In this document: piece by piece, positions 22,634-32,203 of the stretch
Layout: every line of letters begins with the position of its first letter
Position numbering within the stretch: position 1 is the stretch's first letter
DNA from: Pirellulales bacterium
GTDB lineage: Bacteria; Planctomycetota; Planctomycetia; Pirellulales; UBA7805
DNA length: 39,700 bases
Assembly: GCA_029245145.1 (NCBI GenBank)
Contig: JAQWPY010000128.1
Coordinates: 1-39,700, forward strand
Direction of reading: 5' to 3'
The notes under the pieces: model-generated
Databases searched by the model: none
The model's input: only the letters and a program-made list of their open reading frames with translations
What the model was told of the DNA's origin: nothing
Program-made: the position numbers and the translations under genes

Positions 22634-22710
22634 TCTCCTTTTGGTGAAATTCCAGAGTGTGGTGAATACTTTTTAAACAATAAAAAAACAATAACGACCG
22701 GAGAGAATTC

Positions 22711-23010
22711 ATGGGAAACGAAAAACTGAAACCACTCGATGATCGTGTGGTCGTTGAGTTGGTTGATGCCGAGGAAACCACAGCAGGAGGTATTGTCTTG
22801 CCCGATTCGGCGCAGGAAAAACCACAACTCGGAACCGTCGTGGCGGTCGGTCCCGGTCGGCTGCTCGATAGTGGAAATCGGGGCGAGCTCTCGGTCGGCA
22901 TCGGCGACAAAGTTTATTTTGGTAAATATGGCGGTGTTGATCAGGAACTCAATGGTCGCGAAGTCAAGATTTTGCGTGAAAGCGATATTCTAGCGAAGGT
23001 CGTCGACTAA
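22711..23010 (+). CDS. groS: Co-chaperonin GroES
   Basis: [43 protein letters not shown]. Confidence 0.98.
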   Translation: MGNEKLKPLDDRVVVELVDAEETTAGGIVLPDSAQEKPQLGTVVAVGPGRLLDSGNRGELSVGIGDKVYFGKYGGVDQELNGREVKILRESDILAKVVD

Positions 23011-23078
23011 CTTGTCGTCTAACTCATCGTCTCTGTCATACCAGCAGTAATACAAGTTTTTAAAAAGGAACTTTTGTC

Positions 23079-24698
23079 GTGGCGAAACAATTGATGTTTG
23101 AAGATCAGGCTCGAGCGAAGATGCTCGACGGCGTAGAAAAACTAGCCGATGCGGTAGCAGTCACGATGGGACCTACCGGAAAAAACGTAGTGATCGATAA
23201 ATCGTTCGGCGGACCAACGGTCACGAAAGATGGGGTCACGGTAAGTAAAGAGATCGAACTGGAAGACCCGTTTGAAAATATGGGCGCCAAGTTGGTAAAT
23301 GAGGTGGCAAGTAAAACATCTGATTTGGCTGGCGACGGTACAACCACCGCTACTGTTCTGGCTCGCGCTATCTTTAAAGAGGGTCGCCGCAATGTTGTCG
23401 CGGGCAGTAATCCGATGGCAGTTCGCCGCGGTATCGAAGCCGCGGTCGCCACCGCAGTGGATAAACTGCGAGACCTCTCTCGTCCGGTCGATAGCAAGCA
23501 GGATGTTGCGAATGTGGGCGCCATTAGCGCTAATAACGATATGACGATCGGAAATCTTCTCGCCGATGCGCTCCACAAGGTGGGGCAGGATGGGGTGATT
23601 ACCGTCGAAGAGGGAAAGACGGCCGAAACCACCGTGGAATATGTGGATGGAATGCAATTTGATAAGGGATTTGTGTCTCCTTACTTTATTACCCGACCTG
23701 CCGAACGGGACTGTTTACTGGAAGACGCACTGATTCTTATTTTTGAGAAAAAAATCAGCAACCTTCGTGAATTGGTTCCTGTGCTTGAAAAGGTGGCGCA
23801 GTCAGGAAAGCCGTTGTTGATTATTGCCGAGGATGTCGAGGGTGAGGCGCTGGCTGCACTAGTAGTCAACAAGCTGCGTGGCATTCTCAATGTTTGTGCC
23901 GTGAAAGCGCCCGGGTTTGGAGATCGTCGCAAGGCGATGCTGAGCGATATTGCCACCCTGACGGGTGGGACGATGATCAGCGAAGACCTGGGTCTCAAAT
24001 TAGAAAATCTCGAATTGGAGCAACTAGGCTCAGCCAAGCAGATTACGGTCGACAAAAATAACACGACGATTGTCCGCGGGGCCGGAAAACAGGAAGAGGT
24101 GAGTAAGAGGATTGCACAACTGCGCAATCAGATCGAAGCCTCCGATAGCGACTACGATCGCGAAAAGTTGCAAGAGCGGATGGCAAAATTAACTGGTGGA
24201 GTTGCAGTCATTTCAGTGGGTGCAGGGACCGAAACGGAAATGAAGCAGAAAAAGGCCAGGGTAGAAGACGCCTTGCACGCGACTCGAGCAGCCGTAGAAG
24301 AGGGAATTCTTCCGGGAGGTGGAGTCGCCCTGCTGCGGTGCACCGAATCTATTAAAGCGGTTCGGAGCAAGGTGAAAGGTGATGAAAAAATCGGTGTCGA
24401 TATCGTACTGTGTGCTTTGTCGGCCCCATTGCGGCAAATTGCCGATAATGGCGGGATCGATGGATCTGTGGTGGTTGACGAGGTGTTACAGAAACCGGTC
24501 AACTCGGGCTACGATGCCAAGTCGGGTGAGTATACCGACATGTTCAAAGCGGGGATTACCGATCCGGTAAAGGTCGTGCGAACTGCGTTGGCTAACGCTG
24601 CCAGTATTTCGGCTTTAATGCTGACGACCGAAGCGCTCGTCACCAACTTTGATCAGGAGGACGAAGACAAGAAACGCGTCCAGGGATCGATTGCGTAG
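23079..24698 (+). CDS. groL: Chaperonin GroEL, paralog 2 (no GGM tail)
   Basis: [57 protein letters not shown]; ends [12 protein letters not shown]; GTG start. Confidence 0.97.
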   Translation: MAKQLMFEDQARAKMLDGVEKLADAVAVTMGPTGKNVVIDKSFGGPTVTKDGVTVSKEIELEDPFENMGAKLVNEVASKTSDLAGDGTTTATVLARAIFKEGRRNVVAGSNPMAVRRGIEAAVATAVDKLRDLSRPVDSKQDVANVGAISANNDMTIGNLLADALHKVGQDGVITVEEGKTAETTVEYVDGMQFDKGFVSPYFITRPAERDCLLEDALILIFEKKISNLRELVPVLEKVAQSGKPLLIIAEDVEGEALAALVVNKLRGILNVCAVKAPGFGDRRKAMLSDIATLTGGTMISEDLGLKLENLELEQLGSAKQITVDKNNTTIVRGAGKQEEVSKRIAQLRNQIEASDSDYDREKLQERMAKLTGGVAVISVGAGTETEMKQKKARVEDALHATRAAVEEGILPGGGVALLRCTESIKAVRSKVKGDEKIGVDIVLCALSAPLRQIADNGGIDGSVVVDEVLQKPVNSGYDAKSGEYTDMFKAGITDPVKVVRTALANAASISALMLTTEALVTNFDQEDEDKKRVQGSIA

Positions 24699-24884
24699 TC
24701 GACTGATGGCAAGCGAATCGCGTCGAAGTGCGAGCACCCCGGCGTGACCGTCCGATCGTAAACCAGGGCCATTTCTGCGTTGTCGGAAGTGGCCCTGCCT
24801 GTAGGCGAGACGTCGGTTTAAACCTTCTGGTTCCTTATGGGATTGCCATAGGAACGCATTTGAGCAACCGCATATAATTTTGGT

Positions 24885-26015
24885 ATGAGTACGACGGAAA
24901 AACGGTGCTATTACGAAATTCTCCGCGTCGAACGCACGGCGTCGACAGATGAGATATCGGTTGCGTATCGCCAACTCGCAATCCAATTTCACCCGGATAA
25001 AAATCCCGGAAACGACAAAGCGATCGCGCAATTCAAACAGGCCGCCGAAGCGTTTGAAGTTCTAAGCGATGTCGAGAAGCGATCGCGCTACGATCGTTAT
25101 GGGCATGCCGGTCTTGAGGGGGGCGGCCATCAATTTAATGATTTGGGAGATATTTTCGAAGCCTTCGGCGATATATTTGGCGGGGGTATTTTCGGTGGTT
25201 CGCGACGGGGGGCACGTACCCGTCGCGGTGGCGATATTGAATGCAGTACCACCATCAATCTGTTCGAGGCGGCCAAGGGAATCGACAAAAAGATCTCCTT
25301 TACACGCAGAAGAAGCTGCGACGACTGTCGGGGTAACGGATCAGCAAATGGAACATCCCTCGACACGTGCGACTATTGTGGCGGTCAAGGCCAAGTGATC
25401 CAATCGAGCGGTATTTTGCGAATGCAAACAACCTGCCCATCGTGTCACGGTGCAGGTTCCACGATTCGCGAGCGGTGCACGAGTTGTCGCGGTGAAGGAT
25501 ACTTGCAAGATACCGTGGAATGCGATGTCGCCATCCCCGCGGGAATCGACGACCAGATGCGCATTCGACTCGGTGGACAAGGCCATCCCAGTTCACATGG
25601 GGGCCCGGCCGGAGACCTTTACTGCTTAGTACATGTCGAGGAGCACCCGCTTTTTAACAGACAAGGAAACCACCTCATCTGTCGTGTTCCGATCACTTAT
25701 TCCCAGGCGGCACTTGGAGGGACTATGGACATTCCGACGCTCGATGGACCCGAGGCACTCGAGATCAATGCGGGTACCCAAGCAGGCGAGGTGATCACGC
25801 TCTCCCGACGGGGGATGCCCGATCCGCGTGGACGCAGGCCGGGAGATTTACACGTACAGCTTGATATTGATGTGCCCGCAAAATTATCGGAGGAGCAAGA
25901 GTCACTGATTCGAGAACTGGCGAAGTTGGAAGATTCCAACGTGACACCTCACCGAGAAAGTTTTTTGGAAAAACTTAAGGGCTACTTTGTGAATCCGTCG
26001 CACGAAAATCATTAA
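24885..26015 (+). CDS. dnaJ: Molecular chaperone DnaJ (class A)
   Basis: J domain with HPD, G/F region and four CxxCxGxG repeats ([32 protein letters not shown]). Confidence 0.98.
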   Translation: MSTTEKRCYYEILRVERTASTDEISVAYRQLAIQFHPDKNPGNDKAIAQFKQAAEAFEVLSDVEKRSRYDRYGHAGLEGGGHQFNDLGDIFEAFGDIFGGGIFGGSRRGARTRRGGDIECSTTINLFEAAKGIDKKISFTRRRSCDDCRGNGSANGTSLDTCDYCGGQGQVIQSSGILRMQTTCPSCHGAGSTIRERCTSCRGEGYLQDTVECDVAIPAGIDDQMRIRLGGQGHPSSHGGPAGDLYCLVHVEEHPLFNRQGNHLICRVPITYSQAALGGTMDIPTLDGPEALEINAGTQAGEVITLSRRGMPDPRGRRPGDLHVQLDIDVPAKLSEEQESLIRELAKLEDSNVTPHRESFLEKLKGYFVNPSHENH

Positions 26016-26069
26016 CAATAAGTCGACAGGAAAGCAGTCGTTCTACACTAGCGATCGGGGAGTTTTACA

Positions 26070-26630
26070 GTGAATGATAATCCTGAAAACAAGATAGAAC
26101 AGGATGAAAATCCCGTAGAAGAATCTCTCTCACCCGAGATGGCACTTGATCCAGAGGCAACACTCACGCTCTCGGAGGCTGAGCGTCGTCAACTGGAACT
26201 TCTCGACGCTAACAATCGCGCCCTGCGGGCACAAGCGGATCTGGAGAATTATCGCAAGCGTGTGCAGCGGGAACGTCAGCAAGACAGTCGCTATGCCCTC
26301 ATGCCGTTTCTTCGGGATCTCTTGCCTGTGGTGGACAACATTCAGCGGGCGATCAAAGCCGCGGAGGAAAACCAAGAAGCGGCATCACTACTTGAAGGAT
26401 TTAAGCTTGTGGAACAACAGTTGCAATCCTCGCTTCTCCAGCACGGTTGCGAACCTATTCTGGCAGTTGGTAAGGCATTCGATCCGAATTTGCACGAAGC
26501 GGTTTCTCAAACGCCCAGCAATGAATACGACGCAGGTAAGGTTGTGATGGAGACCGCCGTAGGATATCAACTGCACGACCGAGTGGTTCGTCCGAGTCAA
26601 GTCATTGTTTCAACGGGCTCAAAGGAATAA
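26070..26630 (+). CDS. grpE: Nucleotide exchange factor GrpE
   Basis: RAQADLENYRKR, DLLPVVDNIQRA, FDPNLHEAV, GYQLHDRVVRPSQVIV; GTG start. Confidence 0.97.
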   Translation: MNDNPENKIEQDENPVEESLSPEMALDPEATLTLSEAERRQLELLDANNRALRAQADLENYRKRVQRERQQDSRYALMPFLRDLLPVVDNIQRAIKAAEENQEAASLLEGFKLVEQQLQSSLLQHGCEPILAVGKAFDPNLHEAVSQTPSNEYDAGKVVMETAVGYQLHDRVVRPSQVIVSTGSKE

Positions 26631-26650
26631 GATCGCGAAAGATTTCTCTT

Positions 26651-26962
26651 ATGCCAACCTACGATTATCAATGCGACGCGTGCGGCCATGCATTCGAGTT
26701 ATTTCAGGGAATAAACGAAAGCGTCAAAAAGAAATGTCCGGAATGTAAAAAACTAAAATTACGTCGACTCTTCGGTACCGGTGCGGCTATTGTTTTTAAG
26801 GGATCGGGATTTTATGAGACTGATTACCGAAGCGAATCGTACAAAAAAGGTGCTGCGGCAGCGAAGAAAGATAAAGAAAAAAAGAACGATTCGGATAAAA
26901 AATCTTCAGCAAAATCGGATGGAAATAAGGGAAACTCGTCAGGAGGAAAGCAGTCAACCTAG
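26651..26962 (+). CDS. FmdB-family zinc-ribbon protein (CxxC_CxxC_SSSS) with Lys-rich tail
   Basis: MPTYDYQCDACGHAFE...CPEC...FKGSGFYETDY signature. Confidence 0.93.
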   Translation: MPTYDYQCDACGHAFELFQGINESVKKKCPECKKLKLRRLFGTGAAIVFKGSGFYETDYRSESYKKGAAAAKKDKEKKNDSDKKSSAKSDGNKGNSSGGKQST

Positions 26963-27043
26963 CACCATTTTCTCAGATTGTCCGTCGCGCGGCAGAGAAA
27001 ATGGTCTCACGGTTTTAGTCGGCTGCAATGAAGGAAACAGTCG

Positions 27044-27220
27044 ATGTCGAGCGTTATGTGCCCTATATGCAGAGGAGATTTTGAAGCCAGTCTCTCCATC
27101 TCGCTGCCTTTTTGTAGCGAGCGATGTCGCCAAGTCGACTTGGGAAGATGGTTCGGAGAAGATTATGGATTCCCTCGGGAGGAAAGTTCTGAGAGCGAGC
27201 AAGAACCGGAAATAAACTAA
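27044..27220 (+). CDS. yacG: DNA gyrase inhibitor YacG (58 aa, absent from the ORF track)
   Basis: Manual translation MSSVMCPICRGDFEASLSISLPFCSERCRQVDLGRWFGEDYGFPREESSESEQEPEIN shows CxxC...PFCSxRCxxxDLGxW and an acidic tail; AAGGA RBS at 27031-27035. Confidence 0.93.
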   Translation: MSSVMCPICRGDFEASLSISLPFCSERCRQVDLGRWFGEDYGFPREESSESEQEPEIN

Positions 27221-27361
27221 TTTTTCGGCCCGATGGTCGCGAGTTTTCTGGTTGCATCACCATGGTCGCTTGAGTCATAATTGGTGCCCGGCGGGGCTAT
27301 TTGACCCTAGACTCAAGCGATCAACCAAAAATTCTCACTTCGCACAGGGGGTGATCCGAAG

Positions 27362-28639
27362 ATGGCAGAAAATTCGGGCGCTAAGCCAGTACGAGATTGG
27401 CAAGAAACCTTCCCGTGGCTCCTTCTTTTTCGAGCGGCGCGACCCGCGATGGGATTTCGTGTGCTGCTGGTCGCCGCCCTTGGCCTAGTGACCATGATAG
27501 CCGGTTGGCGTCAATGTTGGCGCATGGTCGCACCCAGTCTCGACGATGCCTCGGGCAAAATGGTGATCAAGGATCCAGTGATGGCCCAACTTGCTGGCCG
27601 ATATAACGGGACGTCTGCCGAGGGTGTGGTACCTCCCTGGCCGTGGCAGATCGATGCTGCGGGAAACGAATTGTATCCACAATTTTTTGGCAAAGGTGCG
27701 CTGGGAGACTATAGCGAAGTTCCACTGATCGGTCAATTTTTAGGCATTGCGGAGGCCACGGCGACGGAACTCACCTTCCCGTTTCAGATGTTGTTTCATG
27801 AAGAACTCACCTATCGTGGCCTGGCCTATGCTCTGGTCTGTTGCGGCTGGGCCATCATCATCTGGGGATACTTTGGCGCGATCATTTCGCGGCTGGTCGC
27901 GGTGAAACTGACCCAGGATGAGACCATTAGTTTGAAGGCAGCCGGTGGCTTTGCCCGCAAGCGGTGTTGTTCTTACATGGCTGCTCCGCTGCTTCCTCTT
28001 TTGGGTGTGTTCGGCTTAGGTATTCCCATTGCAGGACTCGGCCTCATTTCCCATTTCGATGTGGGTATTTTCGTCGCCGGTCTGATCTGGCCCCTCGTTT
28101 TATGCGTCGGATTTTTAATGGCAGTTCTTTTATTGGGTCTCATATTTGGATGGCCCTTGATGTTCTCTACCATCAGTACGGAGGGGACCGATGCTTTCGA
28201 TGCGATAAGTCGCAGTTACGCTTACGTCTTTCAGCGTCCGTTCCATTATTTGTTTTATACCATTCTGATCACCATTATCGGGGGATTGGGATCGCTCGTG
28301 CTGCACGGCATCATGAACCTGCTCGTACACGCTACGACCTGGGCCTTTGCGTGGGGTCTGGATCCGGAGAGAAAAATTTTACTTTTTGCCGGCGATTTAA
28401 ATTCGAGTTTTGGCAACTGGGGTTATCACCTGATTCTCTTTTGGCAAGGGTTTTTGCAAACGCTGCTCACCTCCTTTGCTGTGGCATTCCTTTTCAGCGG
28501 CATGACAGCCGTCTATTTGTTACTTAGGCGGCATGTCGATGGTGTTGAGCTTGATGAGGTTCAACTTGATCAAGAGGGACAATACGATTTGCCGGCGCTC
28601 TCGGAGGGGAGTATCGAGGCTGACGGTGCCGAATCATAG
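27362..28639 (+). CDS. Multi-pass membrane protein of unknown function
   Basis: 425-aa ORF with several long hydrophobic segments; no catalytic motif recognised. Confidence 0.8.
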   Translation: MAENSGAKPVRDWQETFPWLLLFRAARPAMGFRVLLVAALGLVTMIAGWRQCWRMVAPSLDDASGKMVIKDPVMAQLAGRYNGTSAEGVVPPWPWQIDAAGNELYPQFFGKGALGDYSEVPLIGQFLGIAEATATELTFPFQMLFHEELTYRGLAYALVCCGWAIIIWGYFGAIISRLVAVKLTQDETISLKAAGGFARKRCCSYMAAPLLPLLGVFGLGIPIAGLGLISHFDVGIFVAGLIWPLVLCVGFLMAVLLLGLIFGWPLMFSTISTEGTDAFDAISRSYAYVFQRPFHYLFYTILITIIGGLGSLVLHGIMNLLVHATTWAFAWGLDPERKILLFAGDLNSSFGNWGYHLILFWQGFLQTLLTSFAVAFLFSGMTAVYLLLRRHVDGVELDEVQLDQEGQYDLPALSEGSIEADGAES

Positions 28640-28679
28640 CAGAATACTTAAGAATCACCTTGCGATTGTATCCAGCCCG

Positions 28680-28707
28680 TTGCCACCTGTCGGTGGAGCC
28701 CTAAAAT
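28680..28707 (+). promoter_or_regulatory. Sigma70-type promoter for tRNA-Pro
   Basis: TTGCCA (28680-28685), 16-nt spacer, TAAAAT (28702-28707), 21 nt before the tRNA 5' end. Confidence 0.6.
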
Positions 28708-28728
28708 AGATCGTTTCACGAAGCAAAA

Positions 28729-28803
28729 CGGGCTGTAGCTCAGCTTGGCTAGAGCGCTGCGTTCGGGACGCAGAGGTCGTAGGTTCAAATCCTATCAGCC
28801 CGA
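28729..28803 (+). tRNA. tRNA-Pro (anticodon CGG); CCA not encoded
   Basis: Acceptor stem CGGGCTG/CAGCCCG, D arm GCTC..GAGC, anticodon stem CTGCG/CGCAG with loop TTCGGGA, T arm containing GGTTCAAATCC. Confidence 0.96.
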
Positions 28804-28849
28804 CTCTCAAGTCGGTCGTCGTAATGATGTTCTGCCCGGGAAGAAAGCG

Positions 28850-30025
28850 TTATCGACGATTGCGATCGATTGCCACTTGCATCATTCCCTCGAGCTTATC
28901 ACACGCATTCTTCCATGTGAGGTGTGTCACTTGTTCGGACCAAACATGGGAGGGCAGACGTTTGTTTAAGGCCAACGAGAGACAGCGGCCGATACCATGA
29001 CGATCGCCGATTGGTGCCAAAAATTCTGGTAAATTTTTTAGAATTTCCGCCGATCCATAAGTTTTTGTGGCAACGACCGGTAGCCCCGACGCCAGAGCCT
29101 CAAGAACCACATTCGGGCGGCCCTCACGCGAACTCGTGATGAGTAAAACATCGGCGGCGCGATACCACAGGGCGAGCCGCTCTTGTTCGATTTCATTTAA
29201 AATAAATATCCGATCCCGCAACAGGCTCTGAGAAATTTTGTCTCGCAATTTATTTTCCATTCGCCCTTGGCCAATAAATACAAGTTGCGCATCACGATCC
29301 GTTCCCTCGAGAAAGGATTCGAGCGCCAGTAAGGGCCGCTTTCTTCCGATGAGATGCCCCACAACCAGCACAATCGGTCTATCCGATGAGATACCCAGTG
29401 TCTTGCGGGCCAGCGACTGATCCCCTGGATGGAAAATGGACATATCCACACCGTTCGGTGTGAGCATTCCCCGATTCGGAATATTTCCTAGTTCGTCGAG
29501 TCGATCGACGAGGTTCTGCGAAACACCACACCAGTTGCCCGAAGAAGCCAAACATTCTTGGAGTTCTCGTCGCAGAAACGGGTAGCGCGGAATCTGCGTG
29601 ACATCGCTACCCCTGCCATGAACGACGACCGGGATATCCTCACAAAGAAACTGGATCGTTTTTGCCGCAGGCCAGGCATAATCACAAACAACAATATCAG
29701 GGCGCGGATTTAGTTTATGTATAAACCGGGCGGCAACCTTTCCAAATCGCTGTGCATTCGTTACCGGTTTACGGGGGATATGAAAATAAGAGGGCCGATA
29801 GACGGTAAAGTCGTTGCGATCTTCTTTTCGCGGCGCACGACTTTCCATTACTCGCTCCCCACCCAAAAGCAGGTCAAATGGGGCAGGAGGTGTCCGCGGT
29901 AGTGGTTGGATGATTTTTATATCATGATCGCGCTTCGCCATCGCGTGCCAGCGATGCTTCACAAAGATCCCGTGGTAGGGTCTCGCGGGGGTCGGAAACA
30001 GCGAAGTGAGAACGGCAGTGTGCAT
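28850..30025 (-). CDS. Glycosyltransferase family 4 (GT-B, retaining)
   Basis: LTSLFP..HGIFV, HGRGSDV, TPNGVD, VGHLIGRK, and EGRPNVVLEALASGLPVVAT (EX7E); ATG 30025 preferred over 30073. Confidence 0.92.
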   Translation of the reverse strand: MHTAVLTSLFPTPARPYHGIFVKHRWHAMAKRDHDIKIIQPLPRTPPAPFDLLLGGERVMESRAPRKEDRNDFTVYRPSYFHIPRKPVTNAQRFGKVAARFIHKLNPRPDIVVCDYAWPAAKTIQFLCEDIPVVVHGRGSDVTQIPRYPFLRRELQECLASSGNWCGVSQNLVDRLDELGNIPNRGMLTPNGVDMSIFHPGDQSLARKTLGISSDRPIVLVVGHLIGRKRPLLALESFLEGTDRDAQLVFIGQGRMENKLRDKISQSLLRDRIFILNEIEQERLALWYRAADVLLITSSREGRPNVVLEALASGLPVVATKTYGSAEILKNLPEFLAPIGDRHGIGRCLSLALNKRLPSHVWSEQVTHLTWKNACDKLEGMMQVAIDRNRR

Positions 30026-30259
30026 GGCACAACTTTCGCAGCGCGGAACAACGAATGTTCGATGGATTAGCAATCCCCATCTTAAACCAATAAACGGGAC
30101 ATCTGTATTCTAAGTAGATAGGTTGCGCGATGATACGAGGAACCCGCTAAAAATTGCGAAATTCAATGTAAAATCAGTCATTGTTTGTGTTCCACAAGGG
30201 TTTAGGGTGACACCAATGCCAGTCGCACCACCCTTGCATGGTGATCAGCCACAGGGCCA

Positions 30260-32203
30260 TCAAGCGAGTTCGGCTCGTGAAGAGAACGCCTCGAGGGACT
30301 CTGGGTTGGACAATGCATCTAGGTTGTCGATCGGTTGTCCGTGGATTGCGTTGCGGACGGCCAACTCCGCCGTTTTCCCGCTACGTGTTTTTGGAATGTC
30401 AGACACTGCGAGAATAACTGCCGGAACATGGCGGGGACTGGCATCACTTCGCAGCCTCTGACAAATGTTTTGTCGAAGTGCCTTATCGAGCTTAGCTCCC
30501 TGACCAAGTTGCACAAAAAGCACAACCCGCGTATCCCCTTTCCAATCTTGTCCGACCGCCACACAGTCGACCACCTGTGGAATTTTCATTACTTGTGCAT
30601 AGATTTCAGCCGTGCCTATCCGGACTCCCCCGGAATTCAAAATCGCATCACTCCGCCCATAAATTACCATTCCTCCCTCATTAGTGAGTAAAGCAAAATC
30701 TCCGTGGCACCATACGTTTGGATAGCGTGCGAAGTACGCGTCTCTGTATCGCTGACTCTCGTGATCACGCCAAAATCCGACCGGCATCGAAGGAAATGGC
30801 TTGGTGCAAACCAACTCCCCTTTCTCCTTGCGGATCGGCTTGCCTGCTGAGTCGAAAATATCGCACGCCATTCCGAGGCCGCGGCATTGTAATTCGCCAC
30901 GACGGACCGGAAGGTTCGGGTTTCCCAGCGAGAAGCAAGAAACAATATCGGTGCCACCGGAAATCGACGAGAGGCAAAGGTCGGATTTAATATTCTTATA
31001 AACATACTCAAAGCTCTCAGCCGAAAGCGGCGAGCCGGTGGAGAGCACAGTACGCAACGCGCTTAGCGGATATTTTTCCTTTGGCACGAGCCCCGCTTTC
31101 TCGATTGCTGCCAAGTAGCTGGCACTCGTACCAAAGATGCTAATTTTCTCCTGATCGGCCATGCCAAACAACACATCCACATCGGGCTTGGTTGGCGATC
31201 CGTCGTAGAGAACGATTGTCGCTTCACTCGCCAGCCCACTAACCAACCAGTTCCACATCATCCAACCACAAGTGGTGAAATAGAAAATCTTATTTCCAGC
31301 CTGTAAATCGGTATGCAGCTGATGTTCTTTTAAATGCTGTAGGAGTGTACCCCCCGCGCTATGCACAATGCATTTTGGCCTACCTGTGGTACCAGATGAA
31401 TAAAGAATATAGAGAGGATGATTGAAGGGGAGCGATTCGAATTCAATGGGCAACTCACATTTTGGAACATCGTTCCAAAATATGAAGTTAGTTCCCTGTT
31501 CGCACTCAGGAGTCGGAGAGAGATAGGGAACTACGACAATCTTTCGGATCGACTCAATCTGTTCAAGCAATTGCTGAACTTTAGGTAGGAGCTGAAAAGA
31601 TTTTCCACCATAGGTATACCCGTCGGCCACCAAAAGAATGGTCGGTTCAATTTGTCCCAGTCGCTCGACCACCGCTTGGGTCCCAAAATCGGGCGAGCAA
31701 GAAGAAAACGTCGCGCCGACCGTAGCCGCGGCGAGAAGCATGACAACCGTTTCTGGAATGTTTGGTGTCCATGCAGCCACACGATCGCCAGGTGCGATCC
31801 CGCACTGCCGTAGCCACTGTGCAAGGCGGGCGACCTCGTAGCGTAATGTCGAAAAGGTCATCTCTCGCCGCTCGCCGCGCTCATTCCGAAAGAGGATTGC
31901 TACGTCAGCATCTTTCCCGACGAGAAGATTTTCGGCAAAGTTTAATTCTGCGCCCTCAAACCATCGGGCGCCGGGCATCTTATGACCATCGACGAGCACC
32001 TGTTCCCAGGAACACCTCGCGCTGACTCCGCAGAAATCCCAGACTGCGGGCCAAAATTTTTCAGGATAGTCGACCGACCATTGCCATAAAGATGAATAAT
32101 TGGAAAACGATTGTCCCGTTTTGCTTTCGACTGTTTTTGTGAAAGCGGTAAGCCGTGTTGCCTCTCTTTGCGCCGCGCTCGGTTCCCAGAGAATCGAATT
32201 CAT
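30260..32203 (-). CDS. Acetoacetate--CoA ligase (acetoacetyl-CoA synthetase)
   Basis: WFEGAELNFAENLL, SSCSPDFG, YSSGTTGRPKCIVH, FTTCGWMMWNWL, SISGGTDIVSCF and GRSDAILNSGGVRIGTAEIY; TGATG overlap with fahA. Confidence 0.95.
   Translation of the reverse strand: MNSILWEPSAAQREATRLTAFTKTVESKTGQSFSNYSSLWQWSVDYPEKFWPAVWDFCGVSARCSWEQVLVDGHKMPGARWFEGAELNFAENLLVGKDADVAILFRNERGERREMTFSTLRYEVARLAQWLRQCGIAPGDRVAAWTPNIPETVVMLLAAATVGATFSSCSPDFGTQAVVERLGQIEPTILLVADGYTYGGKSFQLLPKVQQLLEQIESIRKIVVVPYLSPTPECEQGTNFIFWNDVPKCELPIEFESLPFNHPLYILYSSGTTGRPKCIVHSAGGTLLQHLKEHQLHTDLQAGNKIFYFTTCGWMMWNWLVSGLASEATIVLYDGSPTKPDVDVLFGMADQEKISIFGTSASYLAAIEKAGLVPKEKYPLSALRTVLSTGSPLSAESFEYVYKNIKSDLCLSSISGGTDIVSCFSLGNPNLPVRRGELQCRGLGMACDIFDSAGKPIRKEKGELVCTKPFPSMPVGFWRDHESQRYRDAYFARYPNVWCHGDFALLTNEGGMVIYGRSDAILNSGGVRIGTAEIYAQVMKIPQVVDCVAVGQDWKGDTRVVLFVQLGQGAKLDKALRQNICQRLRSDASPRHVPAVILAVSDIPKTRSGKTAELAVRNAIHGQPIDNLDALSNPESLEAFSSRAELA

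Noticed and set aside
23105-24502. Long antisense ORFs across groEL2
   Set aside because: Typical stop-poor antisense frames of highly expressed genes; no motifs.
26781-27215. 144-aa plus-strand ORF in the track
   Set aside because: It overlaps the FmdB gene and yacG in other frames, and both of those have clear family motifs.
30025-30040. Sigma54-like TGGCAC-N5-TCGC on the plus strand
   Set aside because: It has a mismatch at -12, overlaps the GT4 start antisense and has no plausible downstream gene; likely chance.
30123-30461. 112-aa plus-strand ORF spanning the GT4/acetoacetyl-CoA synthetase gap
   Set aside because: Mostly antisense to the synthetase 3' end, with a TTG start and no recognisable motif.
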